Assembly: GCA_048941265.1 (NCBI GenBank)
Contig: JBHLNT010000071.1
Span: 1 to 19,509, forward strand
From: Promethearchaeota archaeon
GTDB lineage: Archaea; Asgardarchaeota; Lokiarchaeia; Sigyniarchaeales; SOKP01
Reading direction: 5' to 3'
DNA length: 19,509 nt
In this document: positions 1-8,725 of the stretch, one piece after another
Layout of the letters: each line of letters starts with the position of its first letter
Numbering within the stretch: position 1 is the stretch's first letter
Program-made: the position numbers and the translations under genes
The notes under the pieces: model-generated
What the model saw: the letters and a program-made list of their open reading frames with translations, nothing else
Told to the model about the DNA's origin: nothing
Databases searched by the model: none

Positions 1-707
1 TAGGATCCCACTGAATGGGCAAACGCATCTAGACCTGAGCCCATTGTTAAAAATGGTGGCATATCTTTTACGAAATAAGGATCTAAGATAGCTATATCTG
101 GACGACTATCGGGGGCCATGACTACCACTTTTTGAGGAGGTTCTACAGCTTCATTAGTAACTACTGAAAGTGCTGTAACTTCAGAACCCGTGCCAGACGT
201 AGTAGGTATAGCAATAAAATATTTAAATTTTTTACGTAATCCTATTGAAGGATCCATTGGCAAAATCAAGAAGAGATTTAGATTCGGTCTATCATACATA
301 ATTAATACACATTTTGCAGTGTCCATTACACTCCCCCCACCGATAGCATAAACTACTATTGGCTTAAATTCTTCGCAAACTTTTACACCCTCCTTAATTG
401 TAGAATAAGGAACTTCTGGTCGAGCCCCAGACCAGACTCTATATTCAAAACCTACGCGTTCCAGAGAATCTCCTACACGTTTAGCATACTTTTTAGTAAA
501 ATCATCTGTAATGAATAAAGCTCTTTTTTCATTATTCTCAAGCATGGCATCTAGCCATAAAGCAACACTAATAAGGGCTGGTTCACCTTTAAATATATGA
601 GGAACATGAAAACTATCTGATATACCTCTCAAAGCTTTTGAACTCATCATAGGCAGAAGATTTCTGACAAAATCAACCTCATACCACATTGGTTGTTCTT
701 TTACCAT
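1..707 (-). CDS. Iron-containing alcohol dehydrogenase (3' end runs off the window)
   Basis: Not in the ORF track; translated by hand from ATG at 707 (GGTGA SD 8 nt upstream): MVKEQPMWYEVDFVRNLLP...AIGGGSVMDTAK...IAIPTTSGTGSEVT...PDIAILDP...GLDAFAHSVGS. These are the standard Fe-ADH motifs (GGGS, PTTxGTGSE, DAxxH). Confidence 0.93.
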   Translation of the reverse strand, partial: MVKEQPMWYEVDFVRNLLPMMSSKALRGISDSFHVPHIFKGEPALISVALWLDAMLENNEKRALFITDDFTKKYAKRVGDSLERVGFEYRVWSGARPEVPYSTIKEGVKVCEEFKPIVVYAIGGGSVMDTAKCVLIMYDRPNLNLFLILPMDPSIGLRKKFKYFIAIPTTSGTGSEVTALSVVTNEAVEPPQKVVVMAPDSRPDIAILDPYFVKDMPPFLTMGSGLDAFAHSVGS

Positions 708-999
708 TTGAATATTCACCTTTTTTAATAATAAATTATGTTTTTTAAAAAATTTGTTAAGTTATATTATCTCTATAGATTTTTAACATTTAACTATCTA
801 AATTTGCTGTTAGATAATAAAGGGAATTCTTTTAGTATTTTCAAATATTTGATTTTCTGGGTTATCGCTTGGTGTATTTCTCAATTTTGATCCTTCACAA
901 GGAGTTGTAGAGCTAATGGAGAAAAAGGAAAATATCTAATAATTAGTACATCTTGTTTATTATTATCAAAAATAAAATTCATAAATGTGATTAAGTTAA

Positions 1000-1191
1000 A
1001 TGCCAAATGTTGTGATAGATGGACCTAAGATAGAAGATCTAGAGATTAAACGAACTTTAATAAAAGAAATTACAGATGCTCTTGAAAAAGCTTATAAAAT
1101 TCCAAGATCTGCATATGTGGTCCTTATTAACGAGCATAACCCCGAAAATGTAGGGGTAGCAGGTACATTATTAATAGATAGAAAAGAGTAG
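1000..1191 (+). CDS. 4-oxalocrotonate tautomerase family protein (DmpI-like)
   Basis: 63 aa, N-terminal Met-Pro (catalytic Pro1), KRTLIKEITDAL helix, VLINEHNPENVGVAG C-terminal motif. Confidence 0.9.
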   Translation: MPNVVIDGPKIEDLEIKRTLIKEITDALEKAYKIPRSAYVVLINEHNPENVGVAGTLLIDRKE

Positions 1192-1203
1192 AATGTATAA
1201 TTT

Positions 1204-1959
1204 TTAAAAGATTCTTGGAAAGATAGCTCGAGTATTTTTCTCAATTTGAAGCTCCAATTTATCAACGGGGATTTCTTTAATTTTTGCTATTAATTCTAAA
1301 ACTTCACGAGTCATTGCGGGAGTTCCAATTTTTCCAGAATATTCCACTGGTCCATCGCTCTCTAAAAGTATATGCTCTTTATCTACTTTTAAAACTACTT
1401 TTTTTACAGCAGGAGAATATTTAATTGCTGGAGTAATTGAAAAATAGTAACCTCTATCAATTCCTTCCATTAAATAAGTTTCCGGTCCCGAATACCAGTG
1501 AATGTTTATATTAGAAAGGTTATAGGAAGGCAAGGTTTCGAATATTATTTTTTCTGCTCCTTTTGTATGGAGGTTTACAGGCAATTGTAATTCTTGAGCT
1601 AATGCTAACACTTTATCAAATATTACTTTTTGCAACGGATATAACTCTTTTTCTTTTATGAAGTGATGATCGATACCAACTTCACCAATAGCACAGATGG
1701 AATCTTTTTTATCTCTTATAAATTCAATTATAGATTCTAATTGACTTTCAATCTCTTTATTTAACCTTACCTCTTCTGGATGAATGCCTAATGCTGGGTA
1801 TATCTGATCAAATTGTTTCGCGATTTCTAACACTCTTTCAAGACCAACGGCACTCATTCCAACACAAATGATTTTTCTGACCCCTTCATTTTCTGCTTCT
1901 TTAATAATCTCATCAATATTCAAATAGAGATTACAATGGCAATGAACATCTATTAACAT
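1204..1959 (-). CDS. tatD: TatD family nuclease/hydrolase
   Basis: IDVHCH, GIHP, AIGEVGID, NLHT, IHWY and LESDGP motifs; AGGAGG SD upstream. Confidence 0.93.
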   Translation of the reverse strand: MLIDVHCHCNLYLNIDEIIKEAENEGVRKIICVGMSAVGLERVLEIAKQFDQIYPALGIHPEEVRLNKEIESQLESIIEFIRDKKDSICAIGEVGIDHHFIKEKELYPLQKVIFDKVLALAQELQLPVNLHTKGAEKIIFETLPSYNLSNINIHWYSGPETYLMEGIDRGYYFSITPAIKYSPAVKKVVLKVDKEHILLESDGPVEYSGKIGTPAMTREVLELIAKIKEIPVDKLELQIEKNTRAIFPRIF

Positions 1960-2048
1960 TATAAAAACTCCCTCCTATTTATTTTTGAGAAGATATAGAT
2001 CTCTAATTATTTAAAAAGAGCATAATCTATCCCAATGAATTATGTTTT

Positions 2049-2372
2049 TTACAACTCATTTAATTTTTCTCTTAATTTAGCGATTTCCATTACCAAATTA
2101 AATTTTTTTGAACTTTTAATATCATCAGATTCTAAAATACTTGTTAAATCTTCTAATTTTTTCAATAAATACTTTTTTACGTCAATTGGTCCAATACTTT
2201 TAGGTAATGGTTCAATTTTCGAGACTTTTTTCTCTCGTAAGGAAGATATTGCTTTTGCTAATTGCATTTGAAACCCTTGATGAGAATCTACTTCGTCAAG
2301 AGAATCGAAAGATTTCTTTAACCCATCTATAAAAGCCTCGATGTCGTCAATTTCTATTTGGTCGTTTTTCAT
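2049..2372 (-). CDS. Hypothetical helical protein
   Basis: 107 aa charged helical ORF with ATG start, co-oriented upstream of tatD; no recognisable motif. Confidence 0.75.
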   Translation of the reverse strand: MKNDQIEIDDIEAFIDGLKKSFDSLDEVDSHQGFQMQLAKAISSLREKKVSKIEPLPKSIGPIDVKKYLLKKLEDLTSILESDDIKSSKKFNLVMEIAKLREKLNEL

Positions 2373-2543
2373 TATAAAGCAAACTTTTAAAGTCCAAAGT
2401 CAACTTGTGTAATCTTTAAAAAAATTTAAAATTTATATTTTAAAACTCAAAATTACTTAACCGAGTTCTGTAAAAATCATAATCTATTAAACTTTTCAAA
2501 TTTACATTTTAATTAGATATTTTATGAACTAAATTACAATTTA

Positions 2544-2834
2544 GTGATTTTAATGAAATACAAATACATAATAATGAATACTGAAGATAATTGTGCTACA
2601 AGTCTAGCAGATATTCCTAAGGATGAAATAATTCAAATCAATGGAAAAAGTATAAAAATTAATCATAATATTCCTATGGGCCATAAATTCGCTTTAAAAA
2701 ACTTAAATCAAGGTGATTTAATTAAAAAGTACGGCCAAATTATCGGGATTGCCACTGAAGATATAAAAGTGGGTGATTGGATTCACACTCATAATATTAA
2801 AAGTCATTATTTGGAGAGGACTGCATTTGAGTGA
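2544..2834 (+). CDS. UxaA/SuyA-type dehydratase small subunit (SAF domain); start may be ATG 2553
   Basis: EDNCATSL, IPMGHKFALKNLNQGDLIKKYGQIIGIATEDIKVGDWIHTHN: a typical UxaA/GarD N-terminal SAF domain. Confidence 0.9.
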   Translation: MILMKYKYIIMNTEDNCATSLADIPKDEIIQINGKSIKINHNIPMGHKFALKNLNQGDLIKKYGQIIGIATEDIKVGDWIHTHNIKSHYLERTAFE

Positions 2835-4014
2835 AGAATTTATGGGATATGAAAGACCTAAGGGTAAGGTCGGAATTAGGAATAAAATCGCTATTATCTC
2901 TTCAGTTGTTTGTGTAAATCGAGTAGCCCAACAAATTGCTAATAAAATTGAAAATGGTGTTGCCATAACTCATCCCCTTGGTTGTGGACAATTTGGTCCT
3001 GATTACACCTATACTCTACGCACATTGGTGGGTTTAGGTAGTAATCCTAATGTATTTGGAGTAATTGTCGTAGGATTAGGCTGTGAAAATTTGAGTAATA
3101 AACTTATCGCCAAAAATATTAAAAGAACAAAAAAACCGGTCGAATATTTTAATGTCCAAGAAATACAGGGAGGTACTGCTGCAGCAATTGAAAAGGGAGT
3201 AAAGGTTGGGAGAGAAATGGCAGCTCAAGCAAGTGAAATGAAAAGAGAACCTTTTGACTTCTCCCACTTAGTTTTAGGATTAGAGTGTGGAGGTTCAGAT
3301 TCTATATCAGGAATCACAGCTAATCCTACTGTTGGTTTAATCTCTGATAAGGTTGTTAATCTAGGCGGAACTTCGATCCTCCCCGAATTTACCGAATGGA
3401 TCGGAACAGAACATTTATTATCGAAACGTGCTGTGGATAAAAAGTTGGCTGAAAAAATCGAAATAACTTTAAATAACTTTCTAAAAAACATCTTACAATA
3501 TGGTATTGATTTTAGAGGTGTACAACCAACGCCCGGTAATATCGAGGGCGGTTTAACGACAATTGAGGAAAAATCTCTGGGAACTATTGCGAAAGCCGGA
3601 AAGGCACCAATTCAAGGTATTATCGAATATTCTGAGGCTCCTAAAGGAAAGGGACTATGGCTTATGATCGAACCAGGTCTAGATGTTGAATCTATGACTG
3701 GTTTAGCAGCATCGGGTGCTCAAATTATATGTATGACGACAGGAAGGGGGAGCCCGTGTGGTAATCCGATAACCCCGGTAATTAAACTCTGCGGTAATCC
3801 CAAAACCTGTGATTGGATGGCTTCGAATATTGATATTGATGCCTCGAAGATAATTACCGAAGATAAAACGATTGAAGAAATTGCCGATATTTTATGGCAG
3901 AAATTAAAAATTACTTGTAATGGGGAGAAAACATATGCAGAGGTTTTAGGTTTCGAAGATTTGGCGATTTGGAGGTGTTCAGCTGCCCCATTTCAAATAC
4001 TGCAATCAAAATAA
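2827..4014 (+). CDS. UxaA/GarD/SuyB family dehydratase large subunit
   Basis: GYERPKGKVGIRN, SSVVC, HPLGCGQ, GLGCE, GLECGGSD, PTPGNIEGGLTTIEEKSLG and TTGRG motifs. Start re-assigned to TTG 2827 (after GGAGAGG at 2813-2819, overlapping the small-subunit stop); ATG 2842 is the alternative. Confidence 0.92.
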   Translation: MSEEFMGYERPKGKVGIRNKIAIISSVVCVNRVAQQIANKIENGVAITHPLGCGQFGPDYTYTLRTLVGLGSNPNVFGVIVVGLGCENLSNKLIAKNIKRTKKPVEYFNVQEIQGGTAAAIEKGVKVGREMAAQASEMKREPFDFSHLVLGLECGGSDSISGITANPTVGLISDKVVNLGGTSILPEFTEWIGTEHLLSKRAVDKKLAEKIEITLNNFLKNILQYGIDFRGVQPTPGNIEGGLTTIEEKSLGTIAKAGKAPIQGIIEYSEAPKGKGLWLMIEPGLDVESMTGLAASGAQIICMTTGRGSPCGNPITPVIKLCGNPKTCDWMASNIDIDASKIITEDKTIEEIADILWQKLKITCNGEKTYAEVLGFEDLAIWRCSAAPFQILQSK

Positions 4015-4016
4015 GA

Positions 4017-4043
4017 TTTTTTTTTTAAATTTTATTTTCTTTT
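4017..4043 (+). terminator. Poly-T tract, putative archaeal terminator
   Basis: T10 run plus a T-rich tail immediately after the dehydratase stop codon. Confidence 0.5.
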
Positions 4044-4208
4044 AGGTAAGAAATCAAAGTTATATTTATCTACGGTCGTAATGTCTTAAGGATGTAAAAT
4101 CTAGGATAAGAAACTAAACATTTTTATAGAATTTGGTAATTATAAATTAATAATACTTATTTAACCAAAAAAAAATTCTTTAATTAAAAACTAAGGGCGT
4201 GTATTAAA

Positions 4209-4592
4209 ATGTCGGTAGAAGAAAAAGTATGTGTGAGAGTATTAAGTAGTATGATAAGTTTTGCCGCAGGAGAAATCGCTAAAATGGATGATGCCTTTAA
4301 GAGTAAGTTAGCCGGGATTGACGAAGTAATACAATGGAAAATAGGTGATGATATCGCTACATATACTGTTATAAAAGATCAGAGTATCAAAGGATTTGAT
4401 GGAATAGCAGATAAACCAACAGTTACCTTTGAAATCGAAGATGTGGGAAATGCTCTAAAAATGTTAACAGGACAGGTTGATGCGAGTGAATTACCGAATA
4501 TCATAAAATTTTCAGATGCAGAAAAGGCTGGAAAATTAGCTTTTATCACTGAGACCGTTGCTAAATACGCCGAAGGATTAACGGGAGGTTAA
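4209..4592 (+). CDS. Divergent SCP2-like lipid-binding protein
   Basis: Clear paralogue of the next gene (EIAKMDDAF/EIAKVDEEF, IQWKIG in both, YTVIKD/YQVIKD, ADKPTVTFEIED/ADDPDVTMILED, GQVDAS/GEVDGT) but lacks the AYMxGxLKIEGD motif. Confidence 0.7.
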   Translation: MSVEEKVCVRVLSSMISFAAGEIAKMDDAFKSKLAGIDEVIQWKIGDDIATYTVIKDQSIKGFDGIADKPTVTFEIEDVGNALKMLTGQVDASELPNIIKFSDAEKAGKLAFITETVAKYAEGLTGG

Positions 4593-4603
4593 AGGGTGAT
4601 TAG

Positions 4604-4993
4604 ATGGAGAAAAAGGAACTTCAAGTAAAAATGATGTTTTACATCATGCTTAAATGTTTAGAAGAGATCGCTAAGGTGGATGAGGAATTTCAAGAAGATT
4701 TGGAAGATATTGAAGGGACAATACAATGGAAAATTGGGAATATGAGAGGATATCAGGTTATCAAAGATGGAAAATATTCATTCGTAATGGATCAAGAAGC
4801 TGACGACCCCGACGTAACGATGATTTTAGAGGATATTGATTTTGCTCGACAGTTTTTTAGTGGAGAAGTAGATGGAACCTCTGCTTACATGAGCGGTGAT
4901 CTGAAGATTGAGGGAGATCTACAATTAACTATGTCATTCGGATCTCTTGCAGAATATATTCAAGATTATTTAGAACCTATTAGACCAACCTAA
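4604..4993 (+). CDS. SCP2 sterol/lipid-binding domain protein
   Basis: PDVTM...FFSGEVDGTSAYMSGDLKIEGDLQLTM is the canonical SCP2 C-terminal signature; GGGTGA SD. Confidence 0.88.
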   Translation: MEKKELQVKMMFYIMLKCLEEIAKVDEEFQEDLEDIEGTIQWKIGNMRGYQVIKDGKYSFVMDQEADDPDVTMILEDIDFARQFFSGEVDGTSAYMSGDLKIEGDLQLTMSFGSLAEYIQDYLEPIRPT

Positions 4994-5121
4994 ATGAAAT
5001 TCGAAGACTTAATAGATTCATGCATCAATCAGATAATTAAAATTACTAATAACGTTATTTTTTTTTAAATTATACCTATTTTTTGAAAAATATTAGTTTT
5101 TTAGAACTAAAACTTTTTGTT

Positions 5122-5847
5122 TTAATTATTATTTACTTTATCTTTTATTATCTCAATATGTTCAAGAATATCAGCAATAGAATCAAATATAAAATCAGGT
5201 TCGAGATCAAGCAGTTTTTTACGTGAAAAGATTCCTGTTAATACACCAATAGTAATTGCATTCACATTTTTACCCAAAAGGATATCAGTATGCATATCTC
5301 CACATAAAACAATACGGTTTAATGGAATTCCCAAAATTTTAGAAACCTTACTAATGCTTTCAGGATGCGGTTTTAGATTATTTACAGAATCTCTTGAAAT
5401 TATCTTTCCATCAAATTTTTTATAAAAATTCGGAAATTTTTTCAATCGATCATCAACCTCTTTAGCAGAGGAAGTAGTTATAATTGCATAATCATAATAA
5501 TTCTTGTTTTTATCAAAAAATTCTATAAGTTCTTCTGAACCTTCAAATAATTTTACTTTTGGAATTTCTTCTTTGAAGATACTATTTGCCCTTTTTAATG
5601 CTTTAATTCTTTGCCAGAAATTTAATCCCACTTTCTTAAATATCGCCCACATTAATTTGGTTCCAAGATTTTTATGATTTTCGCCGGCAATAATTTCATA
5701 TGTGAGATCTTCAATCTCTTTTTCTATTTTTTCATCAGTTTGAATATTGAATTCTTTATAGAGTTCCCTTTTGATTATATTTCCTATATCAGTACTGTTT
5801 ATAAATGTCCCGTCTAGGTCGAAAACAAAACCTATTTTTTCAGCCAT
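5122..5847 (-). CDS. HAD family hydrolase (phosphoglycolate phosphatase-like)
   Basis: Motif I FDLDGTF, motif II TT, KPHP, GDMHTD, GVLTG. Confidence 0.92.
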   Translation of the reverse strand: MAEKIGFVFDLDGTFINSTDIGNIIKRELYKEFNIQTDEKIEKEIEDLTYEIIAGENHKNLGTKLMWAIFKKVGLNFWQRIKALKRANSIFKEEIPKVKLFEGSEELIEFFDKNKNYYDYAIITTSSAKEVDDRLKKFPNFYKKFDGKIISRDSVNNLKPHPESISKVSKILGIPLNRIVLCGDMHTDILLGKNVNAITIGVLTGIFSRKKLLDLEPDFIFDSIADILEHIEIIKDKVNNN

Positions 5848-5990
5848 ATTATCACTTAAAATGATATATGGCTATAAAATTTTATCATTTATAATTATAA
5901 ATCCGATCTAAAAGTGAGAGTTAAGGTACTTAGAGTAAGGTTTTAATTTTTAAACACAAAAGTTTAAGGTTTAGTCAAATCGAAAAAAAT

Positions 5991-6758
5991 TTATGTCTGA
6001 TGTATGCCTGAAATATGCTTTAAAAGAACGTCTGCGAGAGATTTTAATATTAAATTTCTTAAATGTTTATCATATATTCTAATTTTATCAGAAAATTCTA
6101 TCTGCATGGTTTGGCTACCTGGTATTTCAGATATACCATACTTTTGTGTTATATATCCCCCAGTTAATATATATTCCCTTCTTCTGGGATGACCTGGAGC
6201 AATAGGAATGTTTAAATTAATGAAATTTTTAATAATCTCTCCACGCAAGTTTTTATCTCTATATTTTATGGAAACTGGTTCGCGATAAAATGTAGCTAAA
6301 TTCTTTGTCCCTAAAACGATCTCAACGTCTCGAAATCCAGAGGGGCGTTTACTTTTTTCAAATCCGTGAATGTCAAGTAAAATTGAGTAATTATATTCAT
6401 ATAAATTGTAATCTATTAATTCTCTAATTTTTCCATGATAAAACTGATATATTTTTTTAGCAAGTAGTGAACTTGGCAAATAAGCTTCTGTTTCCGTTCT
6501 ATTTAAATCTATTTTGCTGCGTCGGACCTTTGATAAAATATAAGAGGGAGTTCTCTGAGTAGAAAAATACATTACAGATAAATTTTCAAAATTTCTTATT
6601 AAATTTTGAGTCAATTCAATTGTATTTTTATCAATCCCAAGGATTCCGTCTAATCTGTTAGGAATTTCACTACATTCTAATATCCCTCCATGTGGAACCG
6701 ATAAAATTAAGGGAATATTTCCTTTCTTGAATTTTATGAATTTAGTAAAATTTTCCAC
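5991..6758 (-). CDS. N-formylglutamate amidohydrolase family protein
   Basis: LILSVPHGG, DKNT, RSKIDLNR, YHGKI, LLDIHGF, IVLGT, GGYITQKYG, MQIEF; GTG start. Confidence 0.85.
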   Translation of the reverse strand: MENFTKFIKFKKGNIPLILSVPHGGILECSEIPNRLDGILGIDKNTIELTQNLIRNFENLSVMYFSTQRTPSYILSKVRRSKIDLNRTETEAYLPSSLLAKKIYQFYHGKIRELIDYNLYEYNYSILLDIHGFEKSKRPSGFRDVEIVLGTKNLATFYREPVSIKYRDKNLRGEIIKNFINLNIPIAPGHPRRREYILTGGYITQKYGISEIPGSQTMQIEFSDKIRIYDKHLRNLILKSLADVLLKHISGIHQT

Positions 6759-6805
6759 GTTAAACTAGTTAAAAGGTTAAAAAATAAAAAAAAATTGTGT
6801 TTTAA

Positions 6806-7270
6806 TTAAATGATGGGTGAATTCATAAAGGTTAAGTACCGAAGTATTATAAATATTCCAAGCCATATCACAAATGAAATTATACCAAAGACATAGTACG
6901 GCCAATGTTTCTTTTCTTTTTCAAAGGATATATATGCAAAAATCCACGAACCTAATGAACCTATTACTCCAAAAACAAGATCCGTAAAAATATTCTGTGG
7001 ACTGTCTAGTCGGTTTTCAAACTTCCAACCTAGTGGTATAAACCACGTATTTTCAAATACTTCCCAGAGAACCAAGATAATGAATGTTAAAATAAATACA
7101 AGTAATAATGAAAAAATTGGTGTGTCACCTCGAGCTTTGGGAATAGAATAAAAAAGAGAAAAGAATAAAAACAAACCAATACCAAAGCAAATATGACCAA
7201 TAGAGTAGAAATCAAACCAAGAAACACCTACCTCTTCGGAAGTCGTAGCAATAATCTGATTTAACAGCAT
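6806..7270 (-). CDS. Integral membrane protein, putative metal-dependent hydrolase
   Basis: About four hydrophobic helices carrying polar motifs SIGH, WEVFE and DSPQNIFTD; GAGTGA SD. Confidence 0.7.
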   Translation of the reverse strand: MLLNQIIATTSEEVGVSWFDFYSIGHICFGIGLFLFFSLFYSIPKARGDTPIFSLLLVFILTFIILVLWEVFENTWFIPLGWKFENRLDSPQNIFTDLVFGVIGSLGSWIFAYISFEKEKKHWPYYVFGIISFVIWLGIFIILRYLTFMNSPII

Positions 7271-7429
7271 TTTTTTTCACTCGAATTTTTTTTTTAATTC
7301 TAATAATCATATTTTATTTTATAAAACTAATATAATCCAATATTTATATTATTTAATTTTATTTAGATAACATAATAAAGTAGAGTTTTTTTTCAAATAA
7401 TCTAATATACTATAAATTGGAGGCAGCAA

Positions 7430-8713
7430 GTGCAGAAAAAAATCGCTTTTATTGTGTACTATAATAAAGTTAATAAGTATAGTTTTAATGCGTTAATTGG
7501 TGCCTTAGAGAATGAGAAAAATCTTGAAGATATTAAAGTTTATTTTATTAGCACAACAGAAGAGCTTTTAAGGGATTTACTACAGATTGTTAAAGATTCT
7601 GAATATATTATATTAGGAATTTCATTTTTCACAACTCAGATTTGGGAGATTTTCAATTTAATGAAAATTATAAGAAAACAATTTGGAAATAAAGTTTTCT
7701 GTATTGCTGGTGGACCACATCCATCTGGAGATCCTATGGGGACACTTAAAATGGGATTTGATGTTGTTTTTATAGGAGAGAGTGAAGAAACTCTAATAGA
7801 TTTTTTAAATGAGTTTAAGAATGAAAGAGATTATCGAAATATCCAAGGCCTTGCATATATTGATAAAAATAAAAAATACTATCATACTGGTAAAAGAAAT
7901 CCGATTAATTTAGATAGATATCCTCCTTTTCCAGTTAAATATAATAAATTTGGACCAATTGAGATAACCAGAGGATGTCCTTATATCTGCTATTTTTGTC
8001 AAACTCCTTTTATATTGGGCAGTTACCCTCGACATAGAAGTATAGTGTCGATTTGTAAATACGTTAAATTGATGAAAAGAAAAAATTTAACTGATATCAG
8101 GTTCATTACTCCAAATGCTTTTTCATATGGTTCTAAAAATGGTAAAACATTAAATTTTTCTAAACTAGAAGACTTATTGCAGAAAATAAAGGAAATAATT
8201 CAGCCAGAAGGACGAATCTTTTTTGGTTCATTTCCTTCAGAAGTCAGACCCGAACATGTCAATGATTCAACTTTAGATTTAATCCTAAACTATGCATCTA
8301 ATGATAATATCATAATAGGGGCGCAATCTGGCAGCCAGAGAGTATTAGACTTTTGCCATAGAGATCATACCATTGAAGATGTTTATAGGGCAGTGGAATT
8401 AACCTTATCTAAAAATCTCAAAGCTAATGTAGATTTTATTTTTGGGTTACCTAACGAAAATGAACAAGACATAATAGTGACCATCAATATGATGAAAAAA
8501 TTAGCAAAAATGGGAGCAAAAATTCACACTCATTCTTTTATTCCATTACCACAGACTCCATTTGCTAAAAAAGAAGTGGGTAGAATACATAAAGATATTG
8601 AAAAAGCTATAAAGGAATTAACATCGAAAGGATTTGCATTTGGAGAGTGGAAAAAACAAGAAAAATTGGCAATAAAGATTGGAAATTATTTGAAAACTGG
8701 AAAAATAAAATGA
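7430..8713 (+). CDS. B12-binding domain/radical SAM protein (TIGR04013-like)
   Basis: SFFT and AGGPHPSG (cobalamin-binding domain), GESE, EITRGCPYICYFCQTP (CxxxCxxC), SFPSEVRPE, GAQSGS, DFIFGLP, HSFIPLPQTP; GGAGG SD before GTG. Confidence 0.9.
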   Translation: MQKKIAFIVYYNKVNKYSFNALIGALENEKNLEDIKVYFISTTEELLRDLLQIVKDSEYIILGISFFTTQIWEIFNLMKIIRKQFGNKVFCIAGGPHPSGDPMGTLKMGFDVVFIGESEETLIDFLNEFKNERDYRNIQGLAYIDKNKKYYHTGKRNPINLDRYPPFPVKYNKFGPIEITRGCPYICYFCQTPFILGSYPRHRSIVSICKYVKLMKRKNLTDIRFITPNAFSYGSKNGKTLNFSKLEDLLQKIKEIIQPEGRIFFGSFPSEVRPEHVNDSTLDLILNYASNDNIIIGAQSGSQRVLDFCHRDHTIEDVYRAVELTLSKNLKANVDFIFGLPNENEQDIIVTINMMKKLAKMGAKIHTHSFIPLPQTPFAKKEVGRIHKDIEKAIKELTSKGFAFGEWKKQEKLAIKIGNYLKTGKIK

Positions 8714-8725
8714 GTTAATTAAGTT

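Noticed and set aside
850-852. In-frame TGA as selenocysteine
   Set aside because: No start codon, redox motif or recognisable SECIS hairpin.
2035-2271. Plus-strand 78 aa ORF
   Set aside because: Antisense shadow of 2049..2372, with the F/S/I-rich composition typical of shadows.
2389-2403. AAAGTC direct repeats (also at about 11985-12001)
   Set aside because: Short, with different spacing at the two sites; expected by chance in AT-rich DNA.
2773-2826. ORF-track N-terminal extension of the dehydratase large subunit
   Set aside because: Overlaps the conserved end of the small subunit; the SD supports TTG 2827.
2718-3491. Minus-strand ORFs 2718..2966, 3076..3267 and 3225..3491
   Set aside because: Antisense to the conserved dehydratase genes.
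6004-6192. Plus-strand 62 aa ORF
   Set aside because: Antisense to the amidohydrolase gene.
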